NCBI RefSeq assembly: GCF_009914755.1
Contig: NC_060948.1
Length of the DNA stretch: 64,000 bases
From: the human T2T-CHM13v2.0 reference genome, Homo sapiens
Strand: one strand, 5' to 3'
The notes under the pieces were generated by a model. It was not told where the DNA came from and ran no database searches. It was given only the letters and a program-made list of their open reading frames with translations. Shown here in pieces: positions 55,241 to 64,000 of the stretch; within the stretch, counting starts at the first letter, position 1, and each line of letters begins with the position of its first letter. Position numbers and translations under genes: made by a program.

Positions 55241-57392
55241 GGTCTGGAATAAAGTGGAATGCTACGGTCTCAATGGAATAAAAATGTATGGAATGGAATG
55301 CAATGAAACGGAATCGAATGTCATAGAATGTAATGGAATGCAACAAAATGGAATCCAAAATCATTGACTGGAAAGGCTGGGTGTCGAAAGGAATTGACTC
55401 CAATGGAATGGAATCGAATGGAATGGAAGTGAATAGAATCGAACTAAATCGAATGGAATGGAATTGATAGGAACGGAATGGAAAGGAATGCAATGATTTG
55501 GCATGGAATGGAATCGAATGGCATCGAATGGAATGGAATGGAATGCAATGGAATGGAATGTATTAGAATGTAATGAACTTTAATGGAATGTACTCGAATG
55601 GATTCGACTGGAATGGAATGTTCTGGAAGTGAATGGACTCCAATGGAATGGATTCCAAAGGAATGGAATCGTACGGAATGGAATCTAATGGAATGGAATT
55701 AAATGGAAATGAATCAAATTGAATAGCACGGAATTGAATTGAATGGAATGGAATGCAATGGAATCTAATGAAACGGAAAGGAAAGGAATGGAATGGAATG
55801 GAATGGGCTGGAATGGAAAGGAATCGAAACGAATGGAATGGAATCGAACTGAAGAGACTGGAATGGAATGCACTGGAATGGAAGGGAGTGTAATGGAAGG
55901 TTCTCGAAAAAAATGCAATCGAATGGAATGGAATCGAACGGAATGGAATAAAATGGAAGAAAACTGGCAAGAAATGGAATCGAAATGAATGGAGTGTTAT
56001 GGAACGGACTCAAAAGGAATTGAATGTAATAGAATGGAGTGGAGTGGACTCGAATATAATGGACTGGAATGGAATGAAATCACATGGAATGGGAACGAAT
56101 GGAATGGAATGGAAAGGAATGGAATCGAATGGAAAGGAATCGAATGGAAGGGAATGAAATTGAATCAACAGGAATGGAAGGGAATAGAATAGACGGTAAT
56201 GGAATGGACTCGAATAGAATGGACATGAATGCTCAAATTGAATGGACTCGAATGGAATGGAAACGAAAGGAATGTCATCGAATGGAATTGAATCGATTGG
56301 AATGAAATCGCATAGAATGGAGTGGAATCAAATGGAATTGAATAGAAAGGAAAGGAAGCGAATGGACTGAAATGAAATGGAATGGAATTGAATGGAAAGT
56401 AATGCAATGGAATAGAATGGAACGAAATTTCACGGAATGGAATCAAACTGAATGGAATCAAATCAATGGAAGCCAATCAAATGGAATGGAAAGGAATTGA
56501 ATGGAGTAGATTGGATTGGATGGGATTGGAATGAAATGTACTGGAAAGGACTCGAATTTCATGAAACGGAATGGAATGAATTGGAACGGAATGGACTCGA
56601 ATGCAATGGAATGTCATGGAATGGCATCAAATGGAATGGCATCAAATGGAATGGAATCGAATGCAATGGAATGCTATGGAATGGAATGGAATGCATTGGA
56701 ATGGAATGTCCTCTAATGGAATGGATTCGAGTGGAATGGAATCGAATATAATGGAGTCGAATGAAATGGAATTGAAAGGAATGGGATCGAATACAATGGA
56801 ATATACTGGAATGTAATGTAATGAACTCGAATGTAATTGACTGGAATGGAATGTACATGAATGGAATGTAATCGAATGGAAAGTAATCCAATGGAATAGA
56901 ATCTAATGCAATAAAATCGACTCAGATAGAGTAGAATGTAATGGAATGGAGTGCAGTGCAATGGAATGGAATGGAATGGAATGCAATGGAATGGAATGGA
57001 ATGGAATGGAATGGAATTTAATGGAATGGGATGGAATGGTATGGAATGGATAGTAATGGACTGGAGTGAAATGGACTGGAAAGGAATGGACTCAAATTGA
57101 AAGGGCTCGAAAGGACTGGAGTCAAATGGAATGGTCTGGAATGGAATGAACACGAATGTAATGCAATCCAATAGAATGGTATCGAATGGCATGGAATATA
57201 AAGAAATGGAATCGAAGAGAATGGAAACAAATGGAATGGAATTGAATGGAATGGAATTGAATGGAATGGGAACGAATGGAGTGAAATTGTATGCAGTAGA
57301 AGGTAATAGAATGGAATGCAAGCGAAAGGAAAGGAATGGATTGGAATGGAATGGAATTCATTGGAATGGAAGGGAATGTAGTGTAATGGACA
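55241..57392 (+). repeat. Truncated DYZ1 unit, 2152 bp (1411 bp shorter)
   Basis: GGTC at 55241 to GGTC at 57393; junction TCTCGAAAAAAATG|CAATCG at 55912-55915. Confidence 0.93.
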
Positions 57393-60300
57393 GGTCTGGA
57401 ATAAAGTGGAATGCTACGGTCTCAATGGAATAAAAATGTATGGAATGGAATGCAATGAAACGGAATCGAATGTCATAGAATGTAATGGAATGCAACAAAA
57501 TGGAATCCAAAATCATTGACTGGAAAGGCTGGGTGTCGAAAGGAATTGACTCCAATGGAATGGAATCGAATGGAATGGAAGTGAATAGAATCGAACTAAA
57601 TCGAATGGAATGGAATTGATAGGAACGGAATGGAAAGGAATGCAATGATTTGGCATGGAATGGAATCGAATGGCATCGAATGGAATGGAATGGAATGCAA
57701 TGGAATGGAATGTATTAGAATGTAATGAACTTTAATGGAATGTACTCGAATGGATTCGACTGGAATGGAATGTTCTGGAAGTGAATGGACTCCAATGGAA
57801 TGGATTCCAAAGGAATGGAATCGTACGGAATGGAATCTAATGGAATGGAATTAAATGGAAATGAATCAAATTGAATAGCACGGAATTGAATTGAATGGAA
57901 TGGAATGCAATGGAATCTAATGAAACGGAAAGGAAAGGAATGGAATGGAATGGAATGGGCTGGAATGGAAAGGAATCGAAACGAATGGAATGGAATCGAA
58001 CTGAAGAGACTGGAATGGAATGCACTGGAATGGAAGGGAGTGTAATGGAAGGTTCTCGAAAAAAATGGAATCGAATGGAATGGAATTGAATGGAACGGAA
58101 TAGAGTCGAATGGAATTGAATGGAATGGAATGGACTAGAGTGAAATGGAATCGAACCACAAGGAATGGAGAGGAATAGAATGGTCTCGAATTGAATGGAA
58201 TCGTATGGAATGGCATCAAACGGAATGGAATGGACAGCCACGGAATGGAATGCACTCGAATGCAATGGAGTCGAAACTAATGGACTGGAATAGAATGGAC
58301 TCGACTGGTACGGACTCCAATGGAATGGAATCGAATGGAAGGGAATCGAACGGAATGGACTCGAAGGGAAAAGACTGCAATGGAAAGGTCTCGAATGGAA
58401 TGGAAATTAATGGAATGGAATGGAATCGAATGAAATGGAGTCAAAAGGAATGGAATCGAATGGCAACAAATCGAATGTAATGGAATCGCAAGGAATTGAT
58501 GTGAACGGAACGGAATGGAATGGAATCCAAAGGAATGGAATAGAATGGAATGGAATCGAATGGAAAGGACTCGAATGGAAATCACTCGAATAGAATGCAA
58601 TTTAATAAAATTGGATCAAATGTAATGGAATGGAATGGAAAGGAATCGAAACGAAAGGAATGGAGACAGATGGAATGGAATGGAACAGAGAGCAATGGTA
58701 TAGAATGGAATGGAATCATCTGGAATGGAATTGAATGGAATGGAATAATATGAAATGGAATGGAATGGAATGGAATGGAATGCCCTTGAATTAAATGGAC
58801 TGGAATGGAATGGACTCGAACAGAGTGGAATGGAAAGTGTTGAGATAGAATGGAATGGACTCCTTTGGAATGGTGTAGTATGCAATGCAATCGACTGGCA
58901 GGGAATCAAAAGGAATGTAATGTAATGGACTGGACTGGAATGCAATGGACTCGAATAGATTGGAAACGGAATGCAAAGGAATGGAATGGAATAGTATGGA
59001 ATGGAATGGAAAGGAATGGAGTGGAATAGACTAGAGTGGAATGGAATGGACTGGAAAGCAATGGACTGGAATGGAACTTTCTTGAATGGACTAGAATCAA
59101 ACGGAATGGAATGCAATGCAATCAAATGGCATGGAATAAAATAGAATGAAAGAGAATCAAATGGAATTGAATCGAATGGAATCGAATGGATTGGAAAGGA
59201 ATAGAATGGAATGGAATGGAATTGACTCAAATGGAATGGACTAGAATGGAATGGATTCGAATGGAAGGCAAAGGAATGGAATCTATTGGAATGGACTGTA
59301 ATGGAATGGAATGGAAGGGATTGGAATGGACTCGAATGGAATGGACTGCAATAGAAAGGATTCGAATGGAATGAAAAAGAATTGAATGGAATAGAACAGA
59401 ATGGAATCAAATCGAATGAAATGGAATGGAATAGAAAGGAATGGAATGAAATGGAATGGAAAGGATTCGAATGGAATGCAATCGAATGGAATGGAATCGA
59501 ACGGAATGGAATAAAATGGAAGAAAACTGGCAAGAAATGGAATCGAAATGAATGGAGTGTTATGGAACGGACTCAAAAGGAATTGAATGTAATAGAATGG
59601 AGTGGAGTGGACTCGAATATAATGGACTGGAATGGAATGAAATCACATGGAATGGGAACGAATGGAATGGAATGGAAAGGAATGGAATCGAATGGAAAGG
59701 AATCGAATGGAAGGGAATGAAATTGAATCAACAGGAATGGAAGGGAATAGAATAGACGGTAATGGAATGGACTCGAATAGAATGGACATGAATGCTCAAA
59801 TTGAATGGACTCGAATGGAATGGAAACGAAAGGAATGTCATCGAATGGAATTGAATCGATTGGAATGAAATCGCATAGAATGGAGTGGAATCAAATGGAA
59901 TTGAATCGAAAGGAAAGGAAGCGAATGGACTGAAATGAAATGGAATGGAATTGAATGGAAAGTAATGCAATGGAATAGAATGGAACGAAATTTCACGGAA
60001 TGGAATCAAACTGAATGGAATCAAATCAATGGAAGCCAATCAAATGGAATGGAAAGGAATTGAATGGAGTAGATTGGATTGGATGGGATTGGAATGAAAT
60101 GTACTGGAAAGGACTCGAATTTCATGAAACGGAATGGAATGAATTGGAACGGAATGGACTCGAATGCAATGGAATGTCATGGAATGGCATCAAATGGAAT
60201 GGCATCAAATGGAATGGAATCGAATGCAATGGAATGCTATGGAATGGAATGGAATGCATTGGAATGGAATGTCCTCTAATGGAATGGATTCGAGTGGAAT

Positions 60301-60955
60301 GGAATCGAATATAATGGAGTCGAATGAAATGGAATTGAAAGGAATGGGATCGAATACAATGGAATATACTGGAATGTAATGTAATGAACTCGAATGTAAT
60401 TGACTGGAATGGAATGTACATGAATGGAATGTAATCGAATGGAAAGTAATCCAATGGAATAGAATCTAATGCAATAAAATCGACTCAGATAGAGTAGAAT
60501 GTAATGGAATGGAGTGCAGTGCAATGGAATGGAATGGAATGGAATGCAATGGAATGGAATGGAATGGAATGGAATGGAATTTAATGGAATGGGATGGAAT
60601 GGTATGGAATGGATAGTAATGGACTGGAGTGAAATGGACTGGAAAGGAATGGACTCAAATTGAAAGGGCTCGAAAGGAATGGAGTCAAATGGAATGGTCT
60701 GGAATGGAATGAACACGAATGTAATGCAATCCAATAGAATGGTATCGAATGGCATGGAATATAAAGAAATGGAATCGAAGAGAATGGAAACAAATGGAAT
60801 GGAATTGAATGGAATGGAATTGAATGGAATGGGAACGAATGGAGTGAAATTGTATGCAGTAGAAGGTAATAGAATGGAATGCAAGCGAAAGGAAAGGAAT
60901 GGATTGGAATGGAATGGAATTCATTGGAATGGAAGGGAATGTAGTGTAATGGACA
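57393..60955 (+). repeat. DYZ1 unit, 3563 bp, HaeIII-negative subfamily
   Basis: GGTC at 57393 to GGTC at 60956. Confidence 0.92.
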
Positions 60956-63107
60956 GGTCTGGAATAAAGTGGAATGCTACGGTCTCAATGGAATAAAAAT
61001 GTATGGAATGGAATGCAATGAAACGGAATCGAATGTCATAGAATGTAATGGAATGCAACAAAATGGAATCCAAAATCATTGACTGGAAAGGCTGGGTGTC
61101 GAAAGGAATTGACTCCAATGGAATGGAATCGAATGGAATGGAAGTGAATAGAATCGAACTAAATCGAATGGAATGGAATTGATAGGAACGGAATGGAAAG
61201 GAATGCAATGATTTGGCATGGAATGGAATCGAATGGCATCGAATGGAATGGAATGGAATGCAATGGAATGGAATGTATTAGAATGTAATGAACTTTAATG
61301 GAATGTACTCGAATGGATTCGACTGGAATGGAATGTTCTGGAAGTGAATGGACTCCAATGGAATGGATTCCAAAGGAATGGAATCGTACGGAATGGAATC
61401 TAATGGAATGGAATTAAATGGAAATGAATCAAATTGAATAGCACGGAATTGAATTGAATGGAATGGAATGCAATGGAATCTAATGAAACGGAAAGGAAAG
61501 GAATGGAATGGAATGGAATGGGCTGGAATGGAAAGGAATCGAAACGAATGGAATGGAATCGAACTGAAGAGACTGGAATGGAATGCACTGGAATGGAAGG
61601 GAGTGTAATGGAAGGTTCTCGAAAAAAATGCAATCGAATGGAATGGAATCGAACGGAATGGAATAAAATGGAAGAAAACTGGCAAGAAATGGAATCGAAA
61701 TGAATGGAGTGTTATGGAACGGACTCAAAAGGAATTGAATGTAATAGAATGGAGTGGAGTGGACTCGAATATAATGGACTGGAATGGAATGAAATCACAT
61801 GGAATGGGAACGAATGGAATGGAATGGAAAGGAATGGAATCGAATGGAAAGGAATAGAATGGAAGGGAATGAAATTGAATCAACAGGAATGGAAGGGAAT
61901 AGAATAGACGGTAATGGAATGGACTCGAATAGAATGGACATGAATGCTCAAATTGAATGGACTCGAATGGAATGGAAACGAAAGGAATGTCATCGAATGG
62001 AATTGAATCGATTGGAATGAAATCGCATAGAATGGAGTGGAATCAAATGGAATTGAATCGAAAGGAAAGGAAGCGAATGGACTGAAATGAAATGGAATGG
62101 AATTGAATGGAAAGTAATGCAATGGAATAGAATGGAACGAAATTTCACGGAATGGAATCAAACTGAATGGAATCAAATCAATGGAAGCCAATCAAATGGA
62201 ATGGAAAGGAATTGAATGGAGTAGATTGGATTGGATGGGATTGGAATGAAATGTACTGGAAAGGACTCGAATTTCATGAAACGGAATGGAATGAATTGGA
62301 ACGGAATGGACTCGAATGCAATGGAATGTCATGGAATGGCATCAAATGGAATGGCATCAAATGGAATGGAATCGAATGCAATGGAATGCTATGGAATGGA
62401 ATGGAATGCATTGGAATGGAATGTCCTCTAATGGAATGGATTCGAGTGGAATGGAATCGAATATAATGGAGTCGAATGAAATGGAATTGAAAGGAATGGG
62501 ATCGAATACAATGGAATATACTGGAATGTAATGTAATGAACTCGAATGTAATTGACTGGAATGGAATGTACATGAATGGAATGTAATCGAATGGAAAGTA
62601 ATCCAATGGAATAGAATCTAATGCAATAAAATCGACTCAGATAGAGTAGAATGTAATGGAATGGAGTGCAGTGCAATGGAATGGAATGGAATGGAATGCA
62701 ATGGAATGGAATGGAATGGAATGGAATGGAATTTAATGGAATGGGATGGAATGGTATGGAATGGATAGTAATGGACTGGAGTGAAATGGACTGGAAAGGA
62801 ATGGACTCAAATTGAAAGGGCTCGAAAGGAATGGAGTCAAATGGAATGGTCTGGAATGGAATGAACACGAATGTAATGCAATCCAATAGAATGGTATCGA
62901 ATGGCATGGAATATAAAGAAATGGAATCGAAGAGAATGGAAACAAATGGAATGGAATTGAATGGAATGGAATTGAATGGAATGGGAACGAATGGAGTGAA
63001 ATTGTATGCAGTAGAAGGTAATAGAATGGAATGCAAGCGAAAGGAAAGGAATGGATTGGAATGGAATGGAATTCATTGGAATGGAAGGGAATGTAGTGTA
63101 ATGGACA
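60956..63107 (+). repeat. Truncated DYZ1 unit, 2152 bp (second copy)
   Basis: GGTC at 60956 to GGTC at 63108; the same junction at 61627-61630. Confidence 0.93.
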
Positions 63108-64000
63108 GGTCTGGAATAAAGTGGAATGCTACGGTCTCAATGGAATAAAAATGTATGGAATGGAATGCAATGAAACGGAATCGAATGTCATAGAATGTAA
63201 TGGAATGCAACAAAATGGAATCCAAAATCATTGACTGGAAAGGCTGGGTGTCGAAAGGAATTGACTCCAATGGAATGGAATCGAATGGAATGGAAGTGAA
63301 TAGAATCGAACTAAATCGAATGGAATGGAATTGATAGGAACGGAATGGAAAGGAATGCAATGATTTGGCATGGAATGGAATCGAATGGCATCGAATGGAA
63401 TGGAATGGAATGCAATGGAATGGAATGTATTAGAATGTAATGAACTTTAATGGAATGTACTCGAATGGATTCGACTGGAATGGAATGTTCTGGAAGTGAA
63501 TGGACTCCAATGGAATGGATTCCAAAGGAATGGAATCGTACGGAATGGAATCTAATGGAATGGAATTAAATGGAAATGAATCAAATTGAATAGCACGGAA
63601 TTGAATTGAATGGAATGGAATGCAATGGAATCTAATGAAACGGAAAGGAAAGGAATGGAATGGAATGGAATGGGCTGGAATGGAAAGGAATCGAAACGAA
63701 TGGAATGGAATCGAACTGAAGAGACTGGAATGGAATGCACTGGAATGGAAGGGAGTGTAATGGAAGGTTCTCGAAAAAAATGGAATCGAATGGAATGGAA
63801 TTGAATGGAACGGAATAGAGTCGAATGGAATTGAATGGAATGGAATGGACTAGAGTGAAATGGAATCGAACCACAAGGAATGGAGAGGAATAGAATGGTC
63901 TCGAATTGAATGGAATCGTATGGAATGGCATCAAACGGAATGGAATGGACAGCCACGGAATGGAATGCACTCGAATGCAATGGAGTCGAAACTAATGGAC
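63108..64000 (+). repeat. Partial DYZ1 unit (non-truncated type, HaeIII-negative)
   Basis: Reads through AAAAAAATGGAATCG at ~63775-63788 without the junction. Confidence 0.9.

Larger units (their letters stand above)
1..64000 (+). repeat. DYZ1: Human satellite 3 array, DYZ1 (HSat3A6, Yq12)-type; diverged (GGAAT)n in ~3.56-kb tandem units
   Basis: GGAAT and its variants (CGAAT, GGACT, GCAAT, TGAAT) run end to end. Landmarks such as GGACAGGCCTGGAATAAAGTGG and CACTCGAATAGAATGCAATTTAATAAAA recur every ~3.53-3.57 kb, with one HaeIII and one EcoRI site per unit. The reverse complement CCTGTCCATTACACTACATTCCC matches the start of the classical 3,564-bp DYZ1 HaeIII fragment as I recall it. Confidence 0.96.
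51300..64000 (+). repeat. 5715-bp higher-order repeat (3563+2152), ~2.2 copies visible
   Basis: Constant 5715 offset (52430->58145, 54407->60122, 56559->62274, 57837->63552). Confidence 0.93.

Noticed and set aside
1-64000. Hundreds of ORFs (MEWNG-repeat on +, FHSIP-repeat on -), including a recurring 305-aa minus-strand ORF
   Set aside because: These are direct translations of (GGAAT)n/(ATTCC)n, which has no stop codon in any frame. They overlap in all frames, have no domain content, and are freely frameshifted by 5n indels.
1-64000. CRISPR-like or prokaryotic repeat system; telomeric repeat
   Set aside because: There is no repeat/unique-spacer alternation, no cas or other genes, and no TTAGGG array. 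The structure is a eukaryotic tandem satellite.
1-64000. DYZ2 (HSat1B/Alu) blocks, retroelement insertions or inversion breakpoints known from Yq12
   Set aside because: No AT-rich or Alu segment, poly-A tail or switch to the CATTC strand was seen anywhere in the window.
1-64000. HSat2 or autosomal HSat3 (e.g. chr9) assignment; CENP-B boxes
   Set aside because: The HSat2 CATTCGATTC-dominated pattern and 171-bp alphoid monomers are absent. The 3.56-kb HaeIII/EcoRI unit fits DYZ1.

Overview
The whole 64 kb is one uninterrupted, single-orientation satellite array of diverged (GGAAT)n pentamers, with the G/A-rich strand on +. The pentamers are organised into a ~3.56-kb tandem unit carrying one HaeIII/StuI site (AGGCCT) and one EcoRI site. 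Unit length, restriction landmarks and the sequence around the HaeIII site match human satellite 3 DYZ1 (HSat3A6) of Yq12 heterochromatin. This identification is by recognition, not a database search. There are 18 complete units between HaeIII-equivalent positions and two partial units. I find no credible genes, RNA genes, mobile elements, DYZ2/Alu blocks or inversions; all listed ORFs are translation artefacts of the pentamer. I found no new gene system. The interesting content is structural: a recent 7,092-bp two-unit duplication; a 3,559-bp near-triplication; a young HaeIII-negative subfamily forming a 5,715-bp (3,563+2,152) higher-order repeat; a 440-bp deletion; traces of an older ~10.6-kb three-unit periodicity; and three perfect heat-shock elements per unit. 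All comparisons were made by eye and from ORF-track offsets, so SNV lists may be incomplete and breakpoints are given as intervals.
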